Origin: Dehalococcoidia bacterium
GTDB taxonomy: Bacteria > Chloroflexota > Dehalococcoidia > DSTF01 > JALHUB01
DNA length: 64,000 nucleotides
Assembly (NCBI GenBank): GCA_030018455.1
Contig: JASEFU010000002.1
Location: forward strand, 269,480-333,479
Direction: 5' to 3'
The number at the start of each line of letters is the position of its first letter. The first letter of the stretch is position 1. Made by a program: the position numbers and the translations under genes. A model generated the notes under the pieces. It did no database searches. It worked only from the letters and a program-made list of their open reading frames with translations, and was not told where the DNA came from. Shown here piece by piece: positions 9,889 through 19,137 of the stretch.

Positions 9889-10883
9889 TGTTCGATTTCG
9901 TACGCAGGCGCAACTTCTACTATCTGCTGTCGCTGCTCGTGTTGCTGCCGGGCGTCATCTCTCTGATCATTCCGCCCGCCCTGAAGGCCGGCATCGAGTT
10001 CACGAGCGGCACAACTTTCACCGCCCGTTTTCAGAACGAGGTGGAAGAGGACGAACTGCGCTCTGCTCTTGGCGACCTCGGCCACCCCGAGGCGAGGGTG
10101 CAGCGGACGGGCGAAAACAAGTTTCTGGTGCGGACATCGGAGCTGAAGGGGACGACGGAGGCCCCGCCGCTTGGCCCCGCTCCCGAGGGAGAGCGCGACA
10201 TCCTGGAAGCGGCGCTGGTGGAGCGCTTCGGTAGCATGGTCGACGCCGACGGCGAAGTGGTCGACCGCTTCATCGAGTACGCTTCGGTGTCTGCTACCGT
10301 TTCCCGCGAAATCGGGCGGAACGCGGCGATTGCGGTGGGCGCGGCCTCCGTCGCTATTCTTCTCTACATAAGCTGGGCCTTCCGCTCCATCCCCAACCCG
10401 TTCCGCTGCGGTATTGCGGCTACGATCGCCACTCTGCACGACGTGGTGCTCGTCGTTGGGGCTTACTCGCTGCTGGGCAAGCTGTTCGACATGGAAGTCA
10501 ACACAATGTTCATAACGGGACTGCTTACCGTCATCGGCTTCAGCGTCCACGACACCATCGTCGTCTTCGACCGCATCCGCGAAAACAACGCCCGCTACCC
10601 CGACCTCGACCTGCCGACTTCAGTCAACAACAGCATCCTGCAGACACTCGGCCGCTCCATCAACACGTCGTTTACGGTTGTGCTGGCGGTAGTTGCGCTG
10701 CTGCTGATAGGCGGCGTGACAATCCGGCCGTTCCTCGTCGTGATGCTAATCGGCGTGATTACGGGGACGTACAGCTCGATATTCGTCGCCAGCCAGATAC
10801 TGGTGACGTGGGAGGAGCGCGATATCCCGCGCCTCTTCCGGCGCATCGCGTTCCGGCGCGCCCCCGCTCCCAGCGAAGGATAG
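9888..10883 (+). CDS. secF: Protein translocase subunit SecF
   Basis: ATG overlaps the secD stop (TGATG); GIEFTSGT, GFSVHDTIVVFDRIREN and GTYSSIFVA motifs. Confidence 0.97.
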   Translation: MFDFVRRRNFYYLLSLLVLLPGVISLIIPPALKAGIEFTSGTTFTARFQNEVEEDELRSALGDLGHPEARVQRTGENKFLVRTSELKGTTEAPPLGPAPEGERDILEAALVERFGSMVDADGEVVDRFIEYASVSATVSREIGRNAAIAVGAASVAILLYISWAFRSIPNPFRCGIAATIATLHDVVLVVGAYSLLGKLFDMEVNTMFITGLLTVIGFSVHDTIVVFDRIRENNARYPDLDLPTSVNNSILQTLGRSINTSFTVVLAVVALLLIGGVTIRPFLVVMLIGVITGTYSSIFVASQILVTWEERDIPRLFRRIAFRRAPAPSEG

Positions 10884-11023
10884 CCCGGCACCCGCCGCCG
10901 TCGCCTCCGTGCGGCCATCCTTGCCCTGCGCTTGTTGCCTATCCCGCCCCTCTGCCCTCCGAGTCGAGGCTCCGCACCCGACCCGACCCGCTTTCTTTTC
11001 GACGCCAGATGCAAGACGCTCGC

Positions 11024-11542
11024 TCAGGCGGCGCGGTCCAGGGCTGACGCGTCCTCATCGCTTCGCAGTAGCGACGGCCGGGCTTCGATGCGGCGGGTCC
11101 TCCGGAAGACGAGACGGTCGTTGAGGGCGAAGTTCGTGACGGCAGCGACGCCGATGCCGGCAGCGGCGGCAGGCAAATAGGAAATGAAGACGTTCAGAAC
11201 TGCAAACGCGCCCATGTTCAGCAACCCCGTCGAGGTGGCCGAGCCGTTGAACAGCGCCAGGCGGCGAAGCATGGTCGAGCGGCCCAGCGCCGGCGACCAG
11301 CGGTCGCGCCAGGTGAAGAACTGACTGAGGAAGAAGTTGAGCTGGACGGACAGGGCGAAGCCGGCGAGATTGGCGAGGTGCTCTTCCGCGCCGAGCGTGA
11401 CGAACCCGTGGAGCAGGGCGAGCTGCGCCAGTCCGCAGGCGCCTCCCACGAGCGCGAAGCGGCCCGCTCGCGCTGTCAGGCCGCCGCCGGGCAGATGTCG
11501 GCGTCGCCGCGCTGCGAGACTATCCCAACCGAGAGCACGCAT
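11024..11542 (-). CDS. GtrA-family small membrane protein (lipid-linked sugar flippase-like)
   Basis: RFALVG, NFFLSQFFTWRD and NFALNDRLVF motifs; four TM helices. Start uncertain. Confidence 0.85.
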   Translation of the reverse strand: MRALGWDSLAARRRRHLPGGGLTARAGRFALVGGACGLAQLALLHGFVTLGAEEHLANLAGFALSVQLNFFLSQFFTWRDRWSPALGRSTMLRRLALFNGSATSTGLLNMGAFAVLNVFISYLPAAAAGIGVAAVTNFALNDRLVFRRTRRIEARPSLLRSDEDASALDRAA

Positions 11543-11571
11543 CCCGCCCCCTCGGCACCGCCCGTCTCGGT

Positions 11572-13446
11572 CTACTGCCCCTTCGTCCGCCCCTCGCGCA
11601 GGACGCGCTCGTCGCCCACGCGCTGCGTTATCCGACGTTCGTCCAGGTGCTCGAGGAGCGCCTGCGCGTACTTGCGGCTGGTGCCAAACATGTCCCGCAC
11701 CTCCGCCAGCGCGATGCGCCCCTGCTCCGTCAGGCGCCCGACGATGCGCGCGACCATCTCCTCGTATGCTGCGCTGTGGAAAGCGATTCCGTTCACCGTC
11801 ACGACGAGCCCCTGGTCTTCGAGGTAGGCCAGCAGCTCATCGTCGAGGCGGCTGTCTGTTGGAGGCGCGTAGGGGCTGGCGCTTAGCGCGCGCAGGAAAG
11901 CGTCGATTTGCGCCTGTTGCCGCGCCGACGGCTCGACGCGACGTCCGGGAAGCGCAAGGCCGGCGCCCACCTCCTCCAGCAGCCCGGTGTCGAGCCATGC
12001 CTTCGCTGCCTGTCCGAACGTTCGCGGATCGAGCTTGAGGCGGCTGCGAAGCTCCTCCTTTGGCATCGCGCGGCGCAGGGGGTGGTCCCTGTAATACGAA
12101 GCGACCGCTTGGCGGGCCTTCTCGCCCAGAGCGTCGAACCCCTCGCGGGTGAACAACACGCCGTTCTCGGGGTCGCCGCCGGGCGCCACGACGTCGCCGC
12201 TGTCCAGCAGCCCCGCCAGCGCCTGCCGCGACTCGTCCTCTGACCACTCCGACAGCTTCAGTAGCGACTTCACGTCCAGCGGCTGCCGCGACCCGATCAG
12301 CGCCAGCAGCGTGTCTTTGGGCGAGCCGCGTTCGAGCGCCGCCAGCGTCCGCAGCGTCGCCGGGTCGTGACGGCGGTGGCGACGCACGTTGATATCGAGC
12401 ACCGCGCCGCCGCCAAGGGTTTCGTTGGCGTCGCGTATCACGAAGAGATCTCCCTTGAGCAGCGCCGCCGGGGCGTCGAGGCGTATCTGCGCCCACGCCT
12501 CGTCGCCGGGGCGCAGCTCGTCGCGGTCGAGCAGGCGCAGCCGTCCCCAGACCTCCGCCGCGCCGGAGTGGAAGGAGACGCGGGCGTTGTGCCGGATGGG
12601 CCGCGGCAGCGAGGAGAGCGCGCGCACCCGCGCGTCGACGGCGATGGTGGGCCTGACTGCGCCGGGGAGCGCCACAACCTGCCCGCGCGCAAGCTCGTGC
12701 GGCGACACGCCCGACAGGTTCACCGCCGTGCGGCTGCCGGGAAGCGCCGTCTCCACCTTCTGCCCGTGCGTCTGCAACCCGCGGACGCGCGACCGCAGGC
12801 CGCCGGGCGTGATCTCGACCTCCTGACCCAGGCGCAGGCTCCCGTCGATGAGCGTGCCCGTGACCACCGTGCCGAACCCGGCGACCGTGAACACGCGGTC
12901 GATAGGCAGGCGCGGCCGGCCGATGTCGCGCCGGGGCGGCGTCTGCGCCAGCTCGCGTTCCAGCGTCTGCACGAGCTCGTCGAGCCCCTCGCGGGTGACG
13001 CCCGAGCAGGCGACGACGGGCGCGTCCTCAAGCGCGGTGCCCTTGACGACGTCGCTAACGTCGGCCGCGACCATCTCCAGCCAGTCGCTGTCGACGAGGT
13101 CTTTCTTGGTGATGGCGATTACGCCGTTCTTCACGTGGAGGAGGTCGAGGATGGCGAGGTGCTCGCGAGTCTGCGGCATGACGCCTTCGTCGGCGGCGAT
13201 GACGAGCAGGGCGAGGTCGATACCGCCCACGCCGGCGAGCATGTTCTTGATGAAGCGCTCGTGGCCCGGCACGTCGACGATGCTGACCTCGTGGCCGCCG
13301 GGCAGCTTGAGCCAGGCGAAGCCGAGGTCGATGGTCATGCCGCGTTCGCGCTCCTCAGGCAGGCGGTCGGGGTCGATGCCGGTGAGGGCGCGGACGAGGA
13401 CGGACTTTCCGTGGTCGACGTGGCCGGCGGTGCCGATTACGTACAT
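11572..13446 (-). CDS. selB: Selenocysteine-specific elongation factor
   Basis: MYVIGTAGHVDHGKS, RGMTIDLGFA and DVPGHERF motifs; C-terminal winged helix SRKYAQALLEHLD. Start at ATG 13446. Confidence 0.97.
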   Translation of the reverse strand: MYVIGTAGHVDHGKSVLVRALTGIDPDRLPEERERGMTIDLGFAWLKLPGGHEVSIVDVPGHERFIKNMLAGVGGIDLALLVIAADEGVMPQTREHLAILDLLHVKNGVIAITKKDLVDSDWLEMVAADVSDVVKGTALEDAPVVACSGVTREGLDELVQTLERELAQTPPRRDIGRPRLPIDRVFTVAGFGTVVTGTLIDGSLRLGQEVEITPGGLRSRVRGLQTHGQKVETALPGSRTAVNLSGVSPHELARGQVVALPGAVRPTIAVDARVRALSSLPRPIRHNARVSFHSGAAEVWGRLRLLDRDELRPGDEAWAQIRLDAPAALLKGDLFVIRDANETLGGGAVLDINVRRHRRHDPATLRTLAALERGSPKDTLLALIGSRQPLDVKSLLKLSEWSEDESRQALAGLLDSGDVVAPGGDPENGVLFTREGFDALGEKARQAVASYYRDHPLRRAMPKEELRSRLKLDPRTFGQAAKAWLDTGLLEEVGAGLALPGRRVEPSARQQAQIDAFLRALSASPYAPPTDSRLDDELLAYLEDQGLVVTVNGIAFHSAAYEEMVARIVGRLTEQGRIALAEVRDMFGTSRKYAQALLEHLDERRITQRVGDERVLREGRTKGQ

Positions 13447-13518
13447 CCTGAATCGAGTATAGCACGGGGCCTCGGGGAAGCGGGAAGCAACGCGCACGCG
13501 CCGTTGTCTTCGGTGCAA

Positions 13519-13551
13519 GAAAAGGGGGTGGCCGTGACAAGGACACCCCCC
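13519..13551 (-). terminator. Rho-independent terminator of the accessory islet
   Basis: Minus strand GGGGGTGTCC-loop-GGCCACCCCC followed by TTTTT. Confidence 0.7.
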
Positions 13552-13570
13552 GGCCAGTTAGCGGGGCTGA

Positions 13571-13771
13571 TCACTTGCAAACACGATGAGGGTTCTCGAT
13601 CGACTGCAGGCCGACGGCCATGTAGTCCAGACTGTTGACCCTGCCGTCTCTGTTTACATCATAGCGGTCATCGTAGTCCCGCCCAGGATACATGTCGTTG
13701 ATGGGGTCGGTTTCGGAAACGGCGTCTGCGAGGCGATAGGCCACCTCGATCAGATCGAAGTCAGGTTCCAC
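13571..13771 (-). pseudogene. Dockerin/EF-hand-like fragment, probably the frameshifted C-terminus of the upstream secreted protein
   Basis: YDDRYDVNRDGRVNSLDY calcium-binding loop; overlaps the end of the upstream ORF out of frame; no obvious RBS. Confidence 0.55.
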
Positions 13772-15003
13772 GAGTTATCGTAGACGTAGACAAGGACGTT
13801 GTAGATATCGCTCCTGTAGGCGTGCATGTGCCCGAACTCGAAGTCCTGCTGGCCGATGTATGTGCCGACGGCGTACTCCTCACCGATAGGGCGCCCCAGC
13901 ACTTCGTAAACCCATTTGTACGGGGGATGAGGGGGCGGGCCTATGGGTATTCGCCTGCCGTAGGCCTTCCACATGGTGCCCATGATTCGGTAGGCGGTGC
14001 CGCTGGGATACCCTTCCGTGATGCTGAGGGGTATCTGAAGGCCAGCGTAGTCAGTGACGAAGCTCTGGCTGTACGCGTAAACGCCAGAGCCGAAGTAGCA
14101 GCCCTTCACCCATCGCCGGTTGGCGCCGCACGGCCCCTGGATGGCCGCGCGGGTAGATCCCGCGTCCTGCGCGAAGGCGGCCATGTCCCTTGCGTACGTT
14201 CGGATCGGCCACACGAGGGGACGGTTGTCCGGGCCTCTATCGGCCCAGAGACCTCCGGGGACCCATGGGGGACATGCGCCTGTATATGGTCGGCCGTACC
14301 CCGGCCCCGTGTTGTTGGAGGCGTGGCCGGTCATGTTGTCGTCGCTCAGATGCTGGAGGTCGTAGCCGGTCCAGGGCCAGACGCCGGACATCCAGAGATT
14401 GAGACTGGGGTTCCAGCTGTACGTACCGTCCGTGACGAAGAAGTGTAGATGGCAGTCCATGGGCGACGGTGTTTCGATCGGCCTATCCACGTTGCTCATG
14501 CGTGCCACGAAATCGCCCTGCGCGTAGACACTGTCCCATGGGTAACACGTCTGCCCCTCACAGGAGACGGCGTCATCATTGTATGATACGTGGACATACC
14601 AGGTCTCGTCCAGATCTCCGGGGGCGTTGTAATGCTCGACACCGAGATAGCTGCTACCACCCACCTGTCCCGGCTTGTAGAACTCTGATCCTCCCAAACG
14701 CGTCGCTTTGAGAGGATCCCCGCAATCAGAGTTTGGCCCTTCTGTTTCGTCGCTCTCGTCGTTTAGGTCAATGGCCCACCGATAGGCAGGGACGGCCGTG
14801 GCGTGATATTGGCAGGGAGGTGAACCATCGCTCCCGACGGGGCATCCGCCGTCCCTCTCGTACTTCACACGCTCTGGCCAGGGAGCTCGATATCTTTCCC
14901 AACTGTCGTTGCCCGGTGTGCCGCTAGCGCCGACAAGGCTCAGCCATGCAAGTGATCCGCCGAAAGCTGCCGCTATGAGGGTCAGCCAGAGCGCCTTCTT
15001 CAT
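13750..15003 (-). CDS. Secreted protein with M23-peptidase-like domain and LGFP-like repeat
   Basis: Signal peptide MKKALWLTLIAAAFGG; H...AIDL, GDPLKA, WYVH, AQGDFVARM and CHLHF (LytM-like); LGRPIGEE...QQDFEFG (LGFP-like). Confidence 0.65.
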   Translation of the reverse strand: MKKALWLTLIAAAFGGSLAWLSLVGASGTPGNDSWERYRAPWPERVKYERDGGCPVGSDGSPPCQYHATAVPAYRWAIDLNDESDETEGPNSDCGDPLKATRLGGSEFYKPGQVGGSSYLGVEHYNAPGDLDETWYVHVSYNDDAVSCEGQTCYPWDSVYAQGDFVARMSNVDRPIETPSPMDCHLHFFVTDGTYSWNPSLNLWMSGVWPWTGYDLQHLSDDNMTGHASNNTGPGYGRPYTGACPPWVPGGLWADRGPDNRPLVWPIRTYARDMAAFAQDAGSTRAAIQGPCGANRRWVKGCYFGSGVYAYSQSFVTDYAGLQIPLSITEGYPSGTAYRIMGTMWKAYGRRIPIGPPPHPPYKWVYEVLGRPIGEEYAVGTYIGQQDFEFGHMHAYRSDIYNVLVYVYDNSWNLTSI

Positions 15004-15836
15004 GGCAGTTCCTCCGCTGCAAGCGCAATCCGAAGAGCAAGCCACTTGTTTTCCAGCGTCGGCTCGCTGATGAAGTACGACACGGTATGCCTACCGGGTA
15101 GAGCCACCTCGTGGCCCTGCCCCTTTTCTGCCGCGTTTGGGCGGTATTCGCAAAGGCTGGCCTGCCCCTTAGGTGTGCCGATAGCAACGGGGACGGGACA
15201 ATTGAGCTTCGGCTCTGCCGTAGTCGTGCGAGTGAAGTACATAACGATGGTATCGTTGCCGATGCTCACCTCTGGCTCTTCTGCGAAGACGCTCCAGTCC
15301 GGGGGATAGCACAGCTGAATTCCCACGCCTGTAAAGTCCTTCGCTGTCCAGGATGGGTCACAGCCGGCCAAGACGGTGGCCTGCATTGTTTCAGGGGCGG
15401 GCAAGGCGGGCGTGACAAACATCTCCTCCTTCGCCTTCGCATCGGCCGTTGCCATCTGGTTCCGGGGGTTCTCTTCCGGATGCTCCTTGTAGTAGGCTTC
15501 CAGCTCCGCCAGCGTCGGCGGACTGACGCTGAAGACGTGGCCCTGCTCGTCGATGATGACCTCGTAGCCGATTTCGGAGCGGCAGCGGCGGTACTCGACC
15601 ATTCCTGGCTCCATCTCCGCCAGCTCCGGGCGCGTCCCCTTCACGCTGTCGATGTCCTCCTGTGTCAGCTCATCCTCCCATGAGCCCACAAGCTCCCCAT
15701 GGCCGAAGCAGGGGTCTTCTTCGGCCGTGCCGCCGAGCCGTTCGCGCAGCACCACCGCCAGGGTGAACCCGAGCGTGATGCAGGCGAGGAAGGCGGCGAG
15801 CAAGAGCAGGCGGTTGGGGGTCCTTGGAGCGTGCAT
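15000..15836 (-). CDS. Hypothetical membrane-anchored exported protein
   Basis: N-terminal TM helix, several Cys, GIQLCYPPDW motif; ATGA overlap with the downstream gene. Confidence 0.7.
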   Translation of the reverse strand: MHAPRTPNRLLLLAAFLACITLGFTLAVVLRERLGGTAEEDPCFGHGELVGSWEDELTQEDIDSVKGTRPELAEMEPGMVEYRRCRSEIGYEVIIDEQGHVFSVSPPTLAELEAYYKEHPEENPRNQMATADAKAKEEMFVTPALPAPETMQATVLAGCDPSWTAKDFTGVGIQLCYPPDWSVFAEEPEVSIGNDTIVMYFTRTTTAEPKLNCPVPVAIGTPKGQASLCEYRPNAAEKGQGHEVALPGRHTVSYFISEPTLENKWLALRIALAAEELP

Positions 15837-15884
15837 CGTGCATCCCTCGTTCGATATATCGCGCCCGAGAGGCTAATTGAACGC

Positions 15885-15912
15885 ATTGTAAATAGACGCC
15901 GCTTTTTGTCAA
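15885..15912 (-). promoter_or_regulatory. Sigma-70-type promoter of the accessory islet
   Basis: Minus strand TTGACA-16 nt-TACAAT; perfect palindrome AACTATATAGTT at 15929-15940 just upstream. Confidence 0.65.
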
Positions 15913-16012
15913 TATCTCCACAACGTGCAACTATATAGTTTTCGGCAGCGCGCTGCTTGACGCTTGTTTTTCGGGTTGCCTACGGGATTCTTATGATGAG
16001 ATTGGGGGAGGC

Positions 16013-16456
16013 CTAGACCGTCTTGAGGCGCTCCAGCGTGGCGATGTAGTCGTCGGGGAGGGCGTAGGCGCGCGCGCCGCGCAGGATCACCTCCACGTAC
16101 GAGCGGCCGGGGTAGAAGTCGCCTGTCTTGTTCGCCACGTAGGTCAGCGCCTCGCGCGCGTCGCCGGCGTCGTCGACCACCGTCACGCGCTCGCGGCGGT
16201 ACGCGGTCGGCACCCCTTCCACGCGGTCCATCGTCGCGATGCACGTATCGTCCACCTCGTACAGCACGCCCCAGACCTCGCAGGCGGCGTCTTCGACGAT
16301 GTCCGCGGAACCGCCCTTTCGCTGACGGGAGTAGCGGGTGAAGGCGAGGCGGTATCCGGGCAGGCGCGCGCGGCCGAGTGGAACGGCGCGGGGGCAGCGG
16401 CGACGGTAGGTGTGGGGGTCCATGTTGGAGGCGTACGCGAAGTAGAGACCGGCCAT
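16013..16456 (-). CDS. Gamma-glutamylcyclotransferase family protein
   Basis: MAGLYFAYASNM, VWGVLYE and MDRVEG motifs. Confidence 0.88.
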   Translation of the reverse strand: MAGLYFAYASNMDPHTYRRRCPRAVPLGRARLPGYRLAFTRYSRQRKGGSADIVEDAACEVWGVLYEVDDTCIATMDRVEGVPTAYRRERVTVVDDAGDAREALTYVANKTGDFYPGRSYVEVILRGARAYALPDDYIATLERLKTV

Positions 16457-16568
16457 GGCTTTCTGGAAGCGGCGCTTTGATTTACAATAACCAGGGACGC
16501 CGACCAGTGTAGCGGAATATCGCGCATAGCGGAACGATCCTACCGCCGCGTCCCATGGAGGCCCCGTA

Positions 16569-17624
16569 TTGGTGAAGGTCGGCCTCATCTATGACCCGCT
16601 CTACCTGTGGCACGACACCGGCGCCCACCCCGAGAGCGCCCTGCGTCTGACCGCCGTAATGCACACGCTGACGGAAGCGGGGCTCACTTCGCGACTCACG
16701 CTGCTGCCCGCCCGCGACGCCACGGAAGAAGAGGTGGCGATGGTGCACGACCTCGATTACATGCAGGGAGTGCACTCGATGGCGCAACGAGGCGGCGCCT
16801 GGGCGGACCCCGACACGTACATCTCGCCGCGGTCGTACGACGCCGCGATGCGGGCCGCCGGCGGCTGTCTCGCCGCGACCGACGCTGCCCTCGACGGCGA
16901 GATCGACAGCGCGTTCTGCCTCGTGCGGCCGCCGGGGCACCACGCCACCGCCGACCGCGCGATGGGGTTCTGCATCTTCAACAACATCGCTATCGCCGCC
17001 CGCCACGCCGTCCGCGCGCGCGGCCTCGAGCGCGTCGCCATCGTCGACTTCGACATCCACCATGGCAACGGCACCCAGGAAGCATTCTACGACGACGGCA
17101 ACGTCCTCTACTTCTCCACCCATCAGTACCCGTACTATCCCGGCACAGGACGCCTTGAAGAGACCGGCGAGGGCCCGGGGCGCGGGTTGAACGTGAACGT
17201 CCCTCTGCCTGCGGGCTGCGGCGACGAGGAGTTCCGGCGGGTCTTCAACGAGGTGCTGGCGCCGCTGCTCGATCGGTTCGCGCCCCAGCTCATCCTCGTT
17301 TCCGCCGGCTACGACGGCCACTTCCAGGACCCACTCGCCAGCATGTCGCTGAGCGTGGCAGGCTACGGGGAGATGATGTCCTTCCTGAAGGAGAAGGCGG
17401 AGCAGTACTGCGACGGGAAGCTGGTCGCGACCCTCGAGGGCGGCTATCACCTGCTGGCGCAGGCGTGGTCGATACGCGCGTCGCTCGAAGTGCTTATGGG
17501 CGATGCGATCACCGCCGATCCCTTCGGCAAGCCGCAGCACGCCGCAACACCGCAGATCGACAAGGTGGTGGCGGCGGCGAAGGCGCTGCACGGGATCAAG
17601 GAGCTGGCGCCGAAGGGCGATTAG
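16569..17624 (+). CDS. Zn-dependent histone deacetylase-family protein
   Basis: HPESALR, RPPGHHA, GFCIFNN, DFDIHHGNGTQ, SAGYD and LEGGY motifs. Confidence 0.95.
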   Translation: MVKVGLIYDPLYLWHDTGAHPESALRLTAVMHTLTEAGLTSRLTLLPARDATEEEVAMVHDLDYMQGVHSMAQRGGAWADPDTYISPRSYDAAMRAAGGCLAATDAALDGEIDSAFCLVRPPGHHATADRAMGFCIFNNIAIAARHAVRARGLERVAIVDFDIHHGNGTQEAFYDDGNVLYFSTHQYPYYPGTGRLEETGEGPGRGLNVNVPLPAGCGDEEFRRVFNEVLAPLLDRFAPQLILVSAGYDGHFQDPLASMSLSVAGYGEMMSFLKEKAEQYCDGKLVATLEGGYHLLAQAWSIRASLEVLMGDAITADPFGKPQHAATPQIDKVVAAAKALHGIKELAPKGD

Positions 17625-18793
17625 GGCAGGAAGCGGAGGGCGACCTCGCTGGCCAGGAGCCTGCCGCGGGCTGTGAGCCGCAGCCGGTCGTCGCGCAGCT
17701 CGGTCAAGCCCAGGTCTTGCAGCTCGGCGATCTCTTTCGCGTAGCGGTCCGTCAGGTCAAAGCCGAAGCGACGTGAGAATTCGTTGAGGGGGACGCCGTC
17801 GATGAGGCGGAGGCCGAGGATGATGGTGTCGGCGATGTCCGTAGCGGGGCCGATTTCTTCGAACGAGGCGATCTGCGGCATTCGATGGGGGGCGGAGGGG
17901 CTGGGCGCGGGCGCGCGGTCCGTAAGCGAGCGGACGTATCGCTCGGGCGACCGGCGGTTCGCAAGCCGCAGACCTCCCACACGCGAGTGCGCGCCCGCGC
18001 CCAGCCCCACGTACCATCGGTTCCCCCAGTACGTCAGGTTGTGCCGGCAGCGACGCCCCGCCAGCGCCCAGTTCGAGATCTCGTAGTGCTCGTAGCCCGC
18101 CCGCGCCATGATCTGCTCGCTCCGGACGTACATCTCCGCCTGCGCGTCGTCGTCCGGCGGCGGGGCTTCTCCCCGTTCGATCATCGCCGCGAGAGGCGTC
18201 CCCTCTTCGACCGTCAGCGCGTACAGCGACAGGTGCTCCGGCCGCAGCGCAAGGGCGCGCTCCAGCGTCTGCTGCCAGCCCTCGGGCGACTGCCCGGGCA
18301 GCCCGAACACGAGGTCGAGATTCACGTTATCGAAGCCCGCTGCCCTCGCCTCGTGGCAGGCCTCCTCCGCCCTCGCCGCCGTGTGTATGCGGCCGAGGAA
18401 GCGGAGCTCGTCGTCGTCGAAGCTCTGAACGCCGAGGCTCAAACGGTTGAATCCGAGGCGTCGCAGCCCTTGCAGGTGGGCGGCGTCCGCGCTCTCGGGG
18501 TTCGCCTCAAGCGAGATCTCGGCGTCGGGCGCGATGTCGAAGCCCGAAGAGAGTCCCTCCATCAGCCTCGCCATCTCGTCGAGCGGAAGGAGGCTGGGCG
18601 TCCCGCCGCCGAAGAAGACCGTATCGACGCGGCGCTCGCGGCACGCGGTCGACCACGCATTTGCCTCCGTGAGCAGCGCATCGACGTATGAGGGAATGAG
18701 CGTCTCTCTGCCGGCGTACGAGTTGAAGTCGCAATAGACGCACTTCGAGCGACAAAACGGGACGTGTACGTAGAGGCTGAGGCTTTCCTGCAT
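17621..18793 (-). CDS. hemW: Radical SAM heme chaperone HemW
   Basis: SLYVHVPFCRSKCVYCDF, FFGGGTPS, YEISNW and HNLTYW motifs. Start trimmed to ATG 18793. Confidence 0.92.
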   Translation of the reverse strand: MQESLSLYVHVPFCRSKCVYCDFNSYAGRETLIPSYVDALLTEANAWSTACRERRVDTVFFGGGTPSLLPLDEMARLMEGLSSGFDIAPDAEISLEANPESADAAHLQGLRRLGFNRLSLGVQSFDDDELRFLGRIHTAARAEEACHEARAAGFDNVNLDLVFGLPGQSPEGWQQTLERALALRPEHLSLYALTVEEGTPLAAMIERGEAPPPDDDAQAEMYVRSEQIMARAGYEHYEISNWALAGRRCRHNLTYWGNRWYVGLGAGAHSRVGGLRLANRRSPERYVRSLTDRAPAPSPSAPHRMPQIASFEEIGPATDIADTIILGLRLIDGVPLNEFSRRFGFDLTDRYAKEIAELQDLGLTELRDDRLRLTARGRLLASEVALRFLP

Positions 18794-18910
18794 GACGCCC
18801 TTCAATCGTAGACCGCCGATTTCGTCACCGCAACTCGACGCTGCTTGTGCCGTTTTGCAGGTCCTTCTTTGGGGCGGCACGGTCATCACGGGACGGCCCG
18901 CGCGCAGGAA

Positions 18911-18967
18911 GGGGAGTCCAGAGGGGAATCCCCTCTGGCGGGGGTCTGGGCGTGTCCCCCAGTCCCC
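18911..18967. repeat. Double-hairpin REP-like intergenic element
   Basis: CCAGAGGGG-AAT-CCCCTCTGG (18918-18938), then GGGGTCTGGG-N7-CCCAGTCCCC (18941-18967). Confidence 0.55.
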
Positions 18968-19137
18968 AAAACGCGTCGCGGGCGGGTGGGTGGGAAGATC
19001 GACGTTCATGTTACGCGAAAGGCGCCGACGCTGCCCTGAGCACGCGGCGGGACGGCCGCGCAAATCACTTCGCATTGACTTGCCGCCCACTGCATGCGAC
19101 ACTCTACAGGCAATACCCAATCCGCCTCAGAGGGAGC

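Noticed and set aside
13750-13752. TGA next to selB as a selenocysteine codon
   Set aside because: Read-through gives a short featureless peptide, the dockerin-like motif is in a different frame, and no SECIS is evident.
15929-15940. NrdR box call for AACTATATAGTT
   Set aside because: Partial match only, single copy, and no ribonucleotide reductase gene nearby; kept as an unassigned palindrome.
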